From an uncultured Planctomycetota bacterium (lineage in GTDB: Bacteria > Planctomycetota > Planctomycetia > Isosphaerales > Isosphaeraceae): a stretch of DNA of 64,000 bases. Below, one piece after another: positions 14,872 through 30,513 of this stretch; the stretch's first letter is position 1; each line of letters begins with the position of its first letter. Both the position numbers and the translations under genes were made by a program. Under the pieces are notes generated by a model, which worked only from the letters and a program-made list of their open reading frames with translations, did not search any database and was not told where the DNA came from. Location of the stretch: assembly GCA_963823665.1 (NCBI GenBank), contig CAWGMQ010000007.1:928001-992000 (forward strand). Direction: 5' to 3'.

Positions 14872-15405
14872 TCATGATTCGTCCAGGCTTACCCGGAGCG
14901 CTCGGAGGCCGCGCTGAAGCAGGCCGCCGATCGCGGGGATGCTGCGATTCATTTGCTTGGCGATCTCGGCCGTTGGCAGGCCCTGGAAATGTCGTAGCTC
15001 GACGGCCTGGCGCTGGTCGCCGGGAAGCTGGGCTATTGAATCGGCCAGGCGGATCAACTGTTCGTGGCGAATGACGCGCTGGCTTGGGGACGTTTGATCG
15101 GCCGCCAGGATTGCTTCCAAGCGTTTCGACGACTGTTCGATGCTCGCGGCCAGGGAACGCTCGCGCAGGCCGGCTTTGGGTGCGAACTTGCGGACCGCGT
15201 CGGTGAGCGTGTTGGCAAGGATCGTTCGCAGCCAGGCGACTTGTTCCGCATCGGACGTGCCGCGGAATTGGTGACCGTTTTGATGGGCCTTCAACAGCGT
15301 TTGCTGGACGAGGTCCGAAGGATCGAGCTTGGCCTGAATCTCGTGTACGAGCTGCTAGCGAGCCAGGAGCAGCAAGTAGGTTCGATAGGATTCCACAGGA
15401 CGCAC
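14872..15405 (-). CDS. ECF sigma-70 factor, planctomycete type (frameshift near 15345)
   Basis: YRTYLLLLAR, LDPSDLVQQT, AWLRTIL, SPSQ, LPGDQRQAVELRH, EIAKQM; GGAGG 8 nt before GTG. Confidence 0.85.
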
Positions 15406-15688
15406 GGGAACGACCTCCTCGTGGTGCGTGCAGGGCTGACCTATGGATTGTTGACCGATGAACGGGTGGAACTCAGCGCGAGGGGCAGGATTTTGAGAAT
15501 AGGGGTTTCACGGCGTGCAAACATTTCGTCTTTCGCTCGGCTCGATTGTCCTCGGCGGGTGAGAGCGAAGCAACGGCGCGGTCGTGGGCGAAACGGTCGT
15601 GGATGATAGGAGCCGTCCCGAGGCGCGGTTCGGCGGATCGCAATTTGGCCAGGGCTGCGGCAATCTTCGAGTGGCGTGTCGAGCGTCT

Positions 15689-15835
15689 GGAGACCTTCGG
15701 TCGGTGAGGAGGGCGGGGTCGGGAGAACCCGCGCCCAACAGGGAGGGCGGGGTCGGGAGAGCTGCGCCGGACGAGGGGGACCCTTCCCGGAGCGAAGGCC
15801 GACACTGGGGCGGGGTGGGGACGCCCGAGCCCAAC
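15689..15835. repeat. Cluster of REP-like direct repeats
   Basis: GAGGGCGGGGTCGGGAGA twice and GCCCAAC twice in an intergenic gap. Confidence 0.5.
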
Positions 15836-15913
15836 TGCGAGGAGACGCGTCCACCACGCGTTGTCCGATCGCTTCGGCCTGGAATCGGCGTTCCCTGATC
15901 GACCCGGCCGCGG

Positions 15914-20781
<4,868 letters not shown>

Positions 20782-20800
20782 CGGACTGGTTCCCATGAGG

Positions 20801-21676
20801 CTAGTGATGCACGGTCCGCTTGAGCACGCCGCCGGAGGCTTCGGCAAGCGGGTGGACGGTGACGAATGCGGTGGAGTCGATCTCGTTCACGATGTCGAAG
20901 ATCTTGCCGATTTCGAGCCGGGTGACGACGCAGAAGAGGATCTCCAGATCGTGGCCGCTGCGGCCGCCCCGGCCTTTGAAGACGGTGACACCGCGCTCGA
21001 GGCGGCAGTTGATCGCGTCGCGAATCAGTTCGCTCTTCTCGGAGACGATGTTGATCGCCGTGTATTCCTCGATGCCATGCAGCAGGAAGTCGAGCGTCTT
21101 GGACGCAGAGACATACGTCAGAATCGAGTAAAGGCTCTTCTCGACGCCCAGGAAGAACGCCGCGCTCAAGAAAATGATGACGTTCAGCCCGAGGATCACG
21201 TCGCCGACGTGAAAGACGTGGCTGCGCTTGCTGATCAGGAGCGCGGCGATGTCGGTTCCGTCCAGGACCGCACCGCCGCGCATGGCCAGGCCCATGCCCG
21301 CTCCGAGGAAGAAGCCGCCGAAGACGGCGGTCAGCAGCTTGTCGGAGGTGACGTCCGGAAAAGGGACGGTTGCGAGGCAGAGGGAGAGTCCGACGATGCT
21401 CACCGCGCTTCGGATCGCGAACGCCGGGCCGACCTGGCGGTAGCCCAAGGCGACGAAGGGCAGGTTGATGACCAGCAGCAGAATGGGCAGCGGAATATAC
21501 GCGGACCCTCCGGGCAGCGGAATGCGCAAGGTCTGGGCGAGGAGCATCGAAACGCCGGTCACGCCGCCGTCGATGAACCCGCTGGACATGAGGAAACCGT
21601 GCAGCCCCATGCCGGCCGAGAGTATTCCGAACACAATGAAAAGTGCATTGCCGATCTCACGTGGTAGCCATTTCAT
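20801..21676 (-). CDS. YitT family membrane protein
   Basis: DGGVTG, INLPF, GAVLDGTDI, GVT..G.GG, IDSTAFV. Confidence 0.9.
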   Translation of the reverse strand: MKWLPREIGNALFIVFGILSAGMGLHGFLMSSGFIDGGVTGVSMLLAQTLRIPLPGGSAYIPLPILLLVINLPFVALGYRQVGPAFAIRSAVSIVGLSLCLATVPFPDVTSDKLLTAVFGGFFLGAGMGLAMRGGAVLDGTDIAALLISKRSHVFHVGDVILGLNVIIFLSAAFFLGVEKSLYSILTYVSASKTLDFLLHGIEEYTAINIVSEKSELIRDAINCRLERGVTVFKGRGGRSGHDLEILFCVVTRLEIGKIFDIVNEIDSTAFVTVHPLAEASGGVLKRTVHH

Positions 21677-22010
21677 GGGATTGAGGATACTCGGCGGCAC
21701 TCCGGGTGGCAACTTCCCGGGTGTGGGGAGGCACGGGAGCGGGAAACGGGGCGGGTCGCGATCCCAACGGTCGGCTCCTCCGAGATTACAGCCGCGTGAA
21801 TCGCGGGCTTCGCCGTGCCTTCGCCGCCTACGGCTTGTGGCTTGACGACGATCGTCTCGACATCGAGACTGATTGGGTGTTCGCGATTCTGGGACAAAGC
21901 GGCCGGCGGTGAGGCGAGCGACAGTGCGCCTCGGCGGGAGCCTCGTGCTCCCGAAATCGCGAAACGCCGTTCCGGCGCTTTACCCGGACGAACACCGCGG
22001 GAGAGAGACC

Positions 22011-23225
22011 ATGACGCGGCTGGCGGTCGTGATTGTCGCGATGACACTTCCCGTGTGCGCTTTTACGCAGACGAAGGACTCGTCTCCCGAAGAGCAATAC
22101 GCGACGCTGATGCGCGGGTACCAGGAATCGCTCAAGCGAGCGACCGCGGGAATTCAGGCCGCGAAGTCGAAAGAGGAGCGGCAGAGGGCGGTTGCTACTT
22201 ATCCGACGATCGACCGAATCGGACCGCGGTTCCTGGAACTGGCGAGAAAATACCCGCGTACTTCGGCGGCGTGTGATGCTCTCGTTTGGATCGTCGGGCA
22301 GGGTCGAGTGGGACCGGATTACTTTCCATCGTCGCGAAGCGAGCTGGCCGGCGAGGCCATGGATCGGCTGGTACAAGACCACGTCGAGGAGAGGCGAGTG
22401 GGCGTGCTGTGCCGCTCGCTTGTTGTTTATCCCTCGCCATTGCGCGACACATTTTTGCGCAAGGTTTACGAGAAGGCAACCAACCGCGAAGTGCGGGGCT
22501 ATGCGTGCCTTTCGCTTGCCGAGTATCTCGCCGCGAAGTCCAAGGCGGTGGCGGGGGCCCGGAGCCGCGGTCAGGCCAATCGTCCCGAGAATGTCGATCC
22601 CGCGTTCACCGCATATGCCGAGCACATTCGCACGGCCGACGCCGTGGCGCTCAGTCGCGAAGCGGAGACGCTGTTCGAGAGGACGATCCGCGAATATGGC
22701 GATTTTTCGATCTCGAGAGGCGGTCAGAAAATCACGTTTGCTCAGCTTGCCGAATCAGGTTTGAGGGGACTGCGGCAGATCGGGGTGGGGAAAGCGGCGC
22801 CGGAGATCGAGGGAGAGGATGTCGACGGCAAGCCTCTCCGGTTGAGCGATTACCGGGGGAAGGTCGTGATGCTCGTTATTATGGGAGAGTGGTGCGGGCC
22901 GTGCCGGGCGATGTATCCCCAGGAGCGCGAGCTGGTTTCCCGGCTGATGAACAAGCCCTTCGCGCTTCTGGCCATTGATACCGATACCGACAAGGCAACG
23001 CTGCGGAAGGCGATCTCGGCCGGGGAGGTTACCTGGCGGTGCTGGTGGGACGGCGCGATGGACGGGCCAATCTGCAAGGTGTGGGACATCCGTGGTTTTC
23101 CGACCGTTTATCTCATCGACGCACACGGCATCATCAGGGATTCTATGATGGGAGGTGGCAAAGTGCTCGATGAGTCGGTCGAGAGGCTGCTCAAGGAAAT
23201 GGAGAATTCCTCGACCTCGAAGTAG
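22011..23225 (+). CDS. Exported TlpA-like redoxin with helical N-terminal extension
   Basis: Signal peptide; APEIEGEDVDGK..LSDYRGKVV, WCGPC, cis-Pro FPT. Confidence 0.88.
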   Translation: MTRLAVVIVAMTLPVCAFTQTKDSSPEEQYATLMRGYQESLKRATAGIQAAKSKEERQRAVATYPTIDRIGPRFLELARKYPRTSAACDALVWIVGQGRVGPDYFPSSRSELAGEAMDRLVQDHVEERRVGVLCRSLVVYPSPLRDTFLRKVYEKATNREVRGYACLSLAEYLAAKSKAVAGARSRGQANRPENVDPAFTAYAEHIRTADAVALSREAETLFERTIREYGDFSISRGGQKITFAQLAESGLRGLRQIGVGKAAPEIEGEDVDGKPLRLSDYRGKVVMLVIMGEWCGPCRAMYPQERELVSRLMNKPFALLAIDTDTDKATLRKAISAGEVTWRCWWDGAMDGPICKVWDIRGFPTVYLIDAHGIIRDSMMGGGKVLDESVERLLKEMENSSTSK

Positions 23226-23340
23226 CGGTCATTCCGGTCCCTTTTTCTCAGGGATCTGGTATGTTGGGGGCGGGTCGCGGCCGCGCTCGATGGCGCAGGA
23301 CGCGAGCGGACGGATCGACATCGCGTGCAAGGAGGTCAAC

Positions 23341-26200
23341 ATGCGCATGGCGTCATTTACATCATTGGTTGTCCTGGTGGCGTCGTCGTCGGATCTTCCG
23401 CGATTCGCGGTCAGGCATGCGGCGCTGGAGCAAGCTCGGTCGTCACGGCTTTCGGCTCGCTGGATCGGGCAGGACGGGCATGATTACGTGGGCCCGCATG
23501 AGAGGCTTGCGCCCAGCGATATTCAGGATATTCATATTGCGATTGCGGGACTGGATCCGCGCCGCGAGGTGGTCTTTGTCGAGGTCAGGTCAACCAACGG
23601 GAACTTCTGGCGATTTGCGGAGAAGCCGGAAGGGTATCGGGCCGAATTCAAACGTGCCAAGGGAGCACGGACGGGGGATGTGTTTTTCGAGCCGGCGGCG
23701 GTCGAGACGGGGCGGCCGTTTCATGTGCTGGTTCGCTACGAAGATGGATCGACAGCCGAGGCCGATCTGCCCGGCGGCAAGGCGGATGACAAGCTGCCAG
23801 TGAAGACCGTGGCACTTGCGGCGCGGTGGATCGGCCAGGACCGGCAAGACCGCACCGGAGCGGGGCCGTCGGTGGGCGGCGACGGGTTTCAAGACGTGCG
23901 GATCCATGTCAGCCGGCTTTCGACCAGGTTGACCCTCAAAGGAATCCGGGTTGTGGGGACGAGCGGCGCGACGTGGGAATCGGGGCCGAACCCCAAGCTG
24001 TTGCCGAGCGCCGAGCTGGTGCGCGACGCGAAGGATCCGTCTCAGGGCGACCTGTACTTCCAGCCGAATCGTGACTTGACGGGCCAACGACTGAAGCTGA
24101 CGGCCCTGTACGACAACGACCAGGTCGACACGACCACTGTGAACGCTGGGCGGTGCGATCCCGCGCTGCGGATGCCGCAAGTGGCGCTGCCGAAGTTTTC
24201 GGAAGTGGCGGCGGACGTCCGATGGCTGGGGCAGGATGGCTTGAGCGCGACCGCGCCGGGCGACGTACACCTGGCCATTTCGGGACTGCCGGGTTCGCAG
24301 GGGATCGCCGCCGCGGTTCTGAGCAACTCGCAACGAGGCGTGTGGATCTACCGCAAGAATGACCGCGCCAATGTGGCTGTCGATCCGTCAGCCGAATCGC
24401 TCACGATCAAGGCGAACGCGCAGAGCAGGTCACTCGACGTGTTCTTCCCTCCATATCGGGATGAGAGCAAGGGCACGATGACGCTGCGGTTGATTGCAGC
24501 CGACGGCCGGAGCTCGATCCTCCGGTTCGCCGGAGGCGTCTGCGACCCGGCCAAGCGCTCGGGCGAGCCGGTGCGGGAGAGCGCGACCGCGAAGCCGGGC
24601 GACGACCTTCAAAGCGTGGCCGATCGATTCGGGTCGATGACGCTTGGGGCCGGGACTTACCGGCTGAATAGGCCGCTCGTGCTCAACCGTCCGGTGGCGA
24701 TCGTCGCGGAGAACGGGGCTACGCTCGTCTTCTCACAGCCGGCGAGTGATGCGCCCTGGTCAGCGGCGATCAAGATTCATTGCGGCAACACGACGCTTTC
24801 CGGCTTCAGCGTGCGCATCGAAGGGCCGATCCGATGGAGGAACGACGTCGAGTATGGGCCGGCCTTGATCGGGATGACGGACAATTTCGATCAGGGTCAC
24901 GACGATCCCAAGTTCAACGTCGTCTTCAAGCGTTTAGACCTGGAGATTCCGGCGAGCAGCAAACTCCGCGGGCTGGGTGGACTCGCTCGGGCTCATGAGG
25001 CTGAAACGGGCCAGGAGCGGCGTGATCGAGGGGAACATCCTGCGCGGGGGCATGATCGAGTTTTTCGACGGGCCGTGGCGGATTGTCAGCAATGAATTTC
25101 GGGGCACGCCGCCCGGCAGCTATTCTCACGCGGTTTTCGCCGGTCACGGTGTTCACGACGTGCTCGTGCAGAATAACGTCACCAAGAGCGTGGGGCCCAG
25201 CGGCAAGACGTGGCGGTTTCTGGTCTTGACCTGGTTCGGCGCCGGAGACGTGGTCGAGGGAAACACGATCGAGCAGGTGGGGGCCCGGGATGACGACACG
25301 ATTCCGTGGAGCAATGAGCCGGAGATCATGCTGACGGAAGCCTATCACCTGAAGTACGAGGGTAAGGTCATGGCCCTGTCGACCGACGGACGAGTGCTGC
25401 GAACCGGGCAGCCGCAGGGTGACTGGGTGCGGACGGGTGATGTCGTCTCGCTGTTGAACGGGCCGGCGGCGGGCCAGTGGCGCCAGGTTGTACAGGCGCT
25501 CGAATCGACGGCCTATCTGGTTGATGCCGCGATTCCCGCGGGAACCGAGGTTGTGTCGATTTCGACGGCGTTTGTGGGTGAGACGTTTCAGAAGAACCGG
25601 GTGGATGTGCGGGGCGGCCGGCGGTCGTCGCCTCTTGTTCTCGCGGGCAACAACTTCGGAACGAGGGTTATCAAGAATCACTTCCTGGGAGGGGAGTTTG
25701 CGGTGCGGCTGACTGCCTTTCCCACGGAGTCGCCGGTGATCTGGGGCTGGTCGCACGCGCCGTTCCTGGGGGGTGTGATCGAAGGGAACGTTCTGGAGGA
25801 TGCGGAGAAGGGGGGGCTCGTCGGCGTCGAGCACGACGGGCGTTTCATCAAGACGAACCAGGGGCGGGTTTACATGACGGCCGCGCTCAATGACAACGAA
25901 GTGCGGTGGAGCGAGGGCTTTTTGAGCAGAGCAGCCGGAACGGGCTCGAGAGACACGCCGCCGGGGCTCACGCTGGGGTACGCGCCGTCGCACGACGCCG
26001 GTGAGCTTGTGGTGACGGTGCGCGGCAACCGGCTGGTGGCACCGGCGGGGCGGGAATCGGCGAAGGCGCTGGTGATTCCCGCGGCTGATTACAACGGGGG
26101 GCGGGTGCAAAACCGCAGGCTGCCGCTTTCGGATAACGGTGCGGGTGCGCGCCCGACCTCGCGCGCGGCAAGCACGAAGGCCGGCGCTCGTTCGCGATAA
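23341..26200 (+). CDS. Secreted protein with three N-terminal repeats and a parallel beta-helix (pectin-lyase-like) domain (frameshift near 24965)
   Basis: RWIGQD/RWLGQD repeated three times; LGAGTYRL, VIEGN, VQNN, VEGN beta-helix turns. Confidence 0.7.
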
Positions 26201-26446
26201 ACGACGCGGATCCCTTATTTCTTCGGCCTGGTTCAAAGGAAGAAAGGGTAGACTCACTCGGGACGGTTCGCAGCACGTGGGGTGGGTACAACCCATCCAG
26301 CCCAGAAGCGCATCGTCCCAACAACCCGCCCAGCCCGCTCCCCCCATCACGCGGCGAGCCGCTTCGTCCAACCCCGCGCCAGAGCGGCACCGGGACTTCT
26401 CTGCCGCCAAAACCACGGATTGGCGTCACATCCTTACCACCATTGG

Positions 26447-26610
26447 GTTTAGGTGTGACGATGGAATAATCGGAACTCCGGGGTTTTTCGCCGTAAATAC
26501 TTGTTCGGCTAACATTTAGGGCGTGACGATCGAATATTCGGAACCGTGCTTTTCTTGGATGTAAAGTCGTGTGGTGACTAATGTTATGGCGTGACGATCG
26601 AGAATTCAAG
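26447..26610 (+). repeat. Degenerate tandem repeat with 68-bp period
   Basis: GTGACGAT(G/C)GA at 26455, 26523 and 26591. Confidence 0.7.
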
Positions 26611-27692
26611 GCTCTGGCTTCTAAACATCGGCACTGAATCCGACTGCGGGTGAGTCCATTTTTCGGGCTCCGTCCAGACAGGATTTCGTTTTGTAGATTT
26701 GTCGCGCGTCCTTACGCCACAAGGCTTACGGGAACGGACGTGCGCACTTTTGACCGCGAGCCAGGGGCCAAACTCGATCCATTCCTCGCTCGCACCATGC
26801 CAGCCTAAACACCTCGCTCCTCCCCAGTCATGCATTCCTGCGCTCCGGCTCTCGAGACACGGTTTCGCATGTTTCATATAAGTAGTAGTAAGTGGAACTA
26901 AATGGGACTATATGGGACTCTAACCCTAAAAAAGTCTCATTTTCCTTGCTGTCTTGATCCCCGTCCGGCGCCTCGCCGGAACGCCATGGAACCGTACGGA
27001 AATCCTGAGAGCCAAAGGGGATAACGCCAAGAGTCCCGCTCATGATCGCCCCGCCCACGAGGAGAAAACTCACCCTCACCGTGGTCCACCCCCCGTCCCA
27101 CGCCCGGTCCGGTCCAAACTCGAGAGCATTTCACAGTAAAAAGTCCGTGATGCGGCCTGAAAGGCGGGATCGAATGACGCTCATCGAGAATGACGTTGAG
27201 AAGAAGACAACTCGCGATGTGGTGATGGATCGGATGAAATGAAATTCGAGCCCCGGACCAACCCGCATGGTTGCCTGCCCAGGGTTACGTTAAGGAACAG
27301 GCCGGAAATAACTTCCCGATTTCGGTTCTCAATCCTACCACGACGGAAAGCCCTCGTTCCGACGCTCTGCGTCGGAACGGTCTTTGTGCCGCTCCGCGGC
27401 GCACTTCACGTAAATCGACGGAATTTGGTTCCGGCCCGTTCCTAAGCGTCGCGACGCCCGGTCATCCGCGACGAGTGTATCCGTCCCCCGGCGTGGGGAC
27501 GTGCAGGCGCAGCCGGCGGTGGGGGGCGTGCATGCGAACGACAGCAAAGCCCGGACAGTGACGCCCTACCGGCCACCCGCACCGATCACGGAACTTCCCC
27601 TACTAATATTATGTGCGGGTTTTCGAAATTGGCCATTTCTCAATCGCATTTTCGATTTGCGTGAAAAGCGCAAGTTCAATAGCGATGGGTAA

Positions 27693-28703
27693 TTAACTGC
27701 TGAGAAAACTCGTTCTGAGATGCCCGTTCAATACAGTTTGAAAACTGCCAGGGTGCAACCCACCATCCGACCCCAAACCCGCCCGCTCCCCGCCAACGGC
27801 CCCCGCCGGATCCGCGTGGGTTGCGCTCCGCTCCACCCACCCTACGGAAACCACATTCTTCGCCAGCGCCTCCTCCGCCCGCCGCAGAATCGCCTCCATT
27901 CGATGCGCATACGTGTGCTTCGCAATAGCCTCGGCTAGCCCCGCGGCCGCAATCCGCTCGCGCAGCGATTGGCGCCCGAGATAGAACGCCAGCTTATCGA
28001 GCAAGTCATCGCCATCGCGGTAAGTTGCCAGGTGCACGCCATCGCGGAAAAGGTCGGCGAGGCCGTTGTCGCTCAGGTCGTTGGTGAGTAGCATCGACCC
28101 GCAGGCAACCGCCTCGAAGACGCGCATATTCACGTCATTGCGGATACTCCGATTGAACGCGATGCGGGCAGCCGAATAGGTGCGTGCCATGTCGTCGAAA
28201 TAGCATTGGCCGATGAATGAGTTCCGATATCGCCGCTGAATCAGCCCCAGCAATTCGCCTCGTGGCCCCGGAAAAACGTTTCCGACGAACGCAACGTCGT
28301 ACTGCTTGGCCACATCGTCGTGCTTGCGATGAATACCGGGGTCACAAGCCAGCGGCAGCCACGAAGCCGAGCGAACACCGATGCCGCGGAGTAGATCGAC
28401 CCCGTCGCGCTGCGCGGCAAACACCAGGTCGAACCGCGGCGCCTTCTCGCGGCAACGGTCGAAATCAAGGTGCGTATCAATCGCCCAGAAAGCGCTCGGC
28501 CGGCAATCCGGCGGCAGGTGATAGCGCAGTCCGTCATCGATATTGAGGTATAGATCGAAGCCGGTGCGCGGCATACGGTCGAGCTCGAAAGGCTGAAAGT
28601 GCTGAACTTCAACGAGCCGCTCGAGAGCGCGGTGGCAATAAACCCCAGCCGTCTCCGGCCGCAGGGTGGTGTCAAAGACGACGGCGACGCGTTGGATTTC
28701 CAT
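27693..28703 (-). CDS. CgeB-like / GT-B glycosyltransferase (C-terminus possibly truncated)
   Basis: WLPLACDP, YDVAFVG, NDVNMRVFEA, HTYAHR. Confidence 0.8.
   Translation of the reverse strand: MEIQRVAVVFDTTLRPETAGVYCHRALERLVEVQHFQPFELDRMPRTGFDLYLNIDDGLRYHLPPDCRPSAFWAIDTHLDFDRCREKAPRFDLVFAAQRDGVDLLRGIGVRSASWLPLACDPGIHRKHDDVAKQYDVAFVGNVFPGPRGELLGLIQRRYRNSFIGQCYFDDMARTYSAARIAFNRSIRNDVNMRVFEAVACGSMLLTNDLSDNGLADLFRDGVHLATYRDGDDLLDKLAFYLGRQSLRERIAAAGLAEAIAKHTYAHRMEAILRRAEEALAKNVVSVGWVERSATHADPAGAVGGERAGLGSDGGLHPGSFQTVLNGHLRTSFLSS
27815..27846 (-). repeat. GTAG-type REP element inside the 3' end of the glycosyltransferase ORF
   Basis: Minus strand GTAGGGTGGGTGGAGCGGAGCGCAACCCAC. Confidence 0.65.
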
Positions 28704-28969
28704 GGCTCGTTGTCCGCAGAGTGGGGTGATCAAGGGAGAAGACGTCGGTCCGCAAGTGGACGGTCAGCAATTCAGCTCATCTTCGGGTGAAGGCGAAATT
28801 GGAGAATTCGGAGTTTGGTCCGCAGATGACGCAGAGGAACGCAGATAAATCAGATGGAAGACAAACGGAACGGGCCCGCGCCGGAACTGCCGTTGGGTGC
28901 GGGCGGCCGGACTTTATTGGGTCCCTTTTGGTGGGTGAAGCGCCGATGGTGTCTGCGCCCGTGCCGCGA

Positions 28970-29280
28970 GGGAAGCCAGGGAAGCCAGACATCCACTCTG
29001 GCGAGTGGGTTCCGGAGAAGCCACGCGGGGAAGCCAGACATCCACTCTCTCGAGGGGAAGCCAGGGAAGCCAGACATCCGCTCTGTCGAGGAGTGGGGAA
29101 GCCAGACATCCACTCTGTCGAGGAGGGGAAGCCAGACATCCACTCTGTCGAGGAGTGGGGAAGCCAGGAAGCCAGACATCCACTCTGTCGAGTGGGTTCC
29201 GGAGAAGCCACGCGGGGAAGCCAGACATCGGGAAGCCAGACATCCACTCTCTCGAGTGGGTTCCGGAGAAGCCACGCGAA
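28970..29280 (+). repeat. Array of 11 head-to-tail, variably truncated copies of a transposon end
   Basis: (G)GGAAGCCA starts at 28970, 28979, 29028, 29055, 29064, 29096, 29126, 29158, 29167, 29215, 29230. Confidence 0.9.
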
Positions 29281-29545
29281 GGTGGCTCGCACCGGTTCGC
29301 GTGCCGCGAATGCTGGGTGCCTCGCGGCCGATGCGACGCACAGCAGATACTATACCACGCGCGGTAAGCAACCGGGTGCGCTCTGGTGCCTCGCCGGCGC
29401 TCGCACGCATCGGTTGCTGGGAACCGTTAGAGATGGACGGCGGTGCTTTGTCGCGCCGGCGAAACGGAACGACGCTTGCCGGCCTTGAATCCAATCGAAT
29501 TCCGCACCTACCGCTACCACCAAGGCTCACAAGCGAGCCGCTTAC

Positions 29546-30270
29546 TTACAGAAACGCGACCTGCGCGGCCGCCTTGCCCTGAAACCAGCACCGTGAACAA
29601 CGCGGTGCGGCACGCACAAGCGAGCTCGCTCGACCTGCCGCTTGCTTGAACATGCGACCGAAGTCGCGCACCGTGTCCACCCAATTCGTTCGATCCACTC
29701 CCAGCCGGTCCAGGATGGGAGCCAGGTCTTCCGGGATTGCCCCACGCTTGTCCCGCCCCCCCGGCCCGTCCAATCGAGCAGCATGACGTACTTTCTGGTC
29801 TCGATCGGCAGAAATCCTTGATCCGACGCCGGCGCAGGGAGCGGCCGTTTTGACGCCGCCTGGAGCGGCACGGCCGAGACCGTGGCTGAGGAGCCAGCGT
29901 CGGCCATCAGCATCGCCAGGTCGTTGTCGTCGGGCTCCGCCGGCTCGCCCGTAACATCGTCGCGTTGCGGAAAGAGCTTGTGCCAGCGCAGAGCGACTTC
30001 GGTGTCGGACCACAGTTCGACGCGGTCGGGTCGATTGCGGAGCACAAGATGCAGATGGTTGCTCATAATGGCGTAACTACACACATCAATTCCGAAGAGT
30101 CCGGCGAGGTGGCGTAGGCGATCGATAATCCACGCCTTACGGTGAGAGTAATCACGACCGGAGTAGGAGTCGGTGCCGCGAAGGAAGGCTCTGCGGACGC
30201 ACCGAGCAATGCAGTCATACACACCGACGAACGCCTCTTGCACGATGTGGCGGCGTGCAGAGGCAGGCAC
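29546..30270 (-). pseudogene. RAYT-like Y1 transposase with internal deletion
   Basis: CIARCVRRAFL and MSNHLHLVL present; segment with YIDLNP seen in the copy at 38364-39580 is missing. Confidence 0.85.
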
Positions 30271-30335
30271 GTAAGGCTCCATTACCATGCAGGTGCAGCA
30301 CGTTAGCGAGAGTATTCATAAGGTCAGTAATGGAC

Positions 30336-30363
30336 AAAATAGCAACAGTGGCGCGGGTGTCAA
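30336..30363 (-). promoter_or_regulatory. Putative sigma70 promoter of transposase 1
   Basis: TTGACA-16 nt-TATTTT, conserved upstream of both transposases while the spacer diverges. Confidence 0.65.
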
Positions 30364-30513
30364 GAGTCTTGAGAAAAAATTTGACAGACAGCGAAGAGGG
30401 TTCGCTCGGAGCGACCAAGACTTGCGACGACCGCCGCCACGGCTGCGCGGGGACGACCCTGGCGCGACATCTGGATGAGGGATGCCATCTTCACATCAGA
30501 TAGGTGGGTGTCT

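Noticed and set aside
28970..29280. CRISPR array
   Set aside because: Inter-repeat sequences are prefixes of the same element end, not unique spacers; unit lengths vary from 9 to 49 nt; no cas genes in the window.
28777..29582. Overlapping repetitive ORFs across the end array
   Set aside because: Artefacts of a GC-rich repeat lacking stop codons in several frames.
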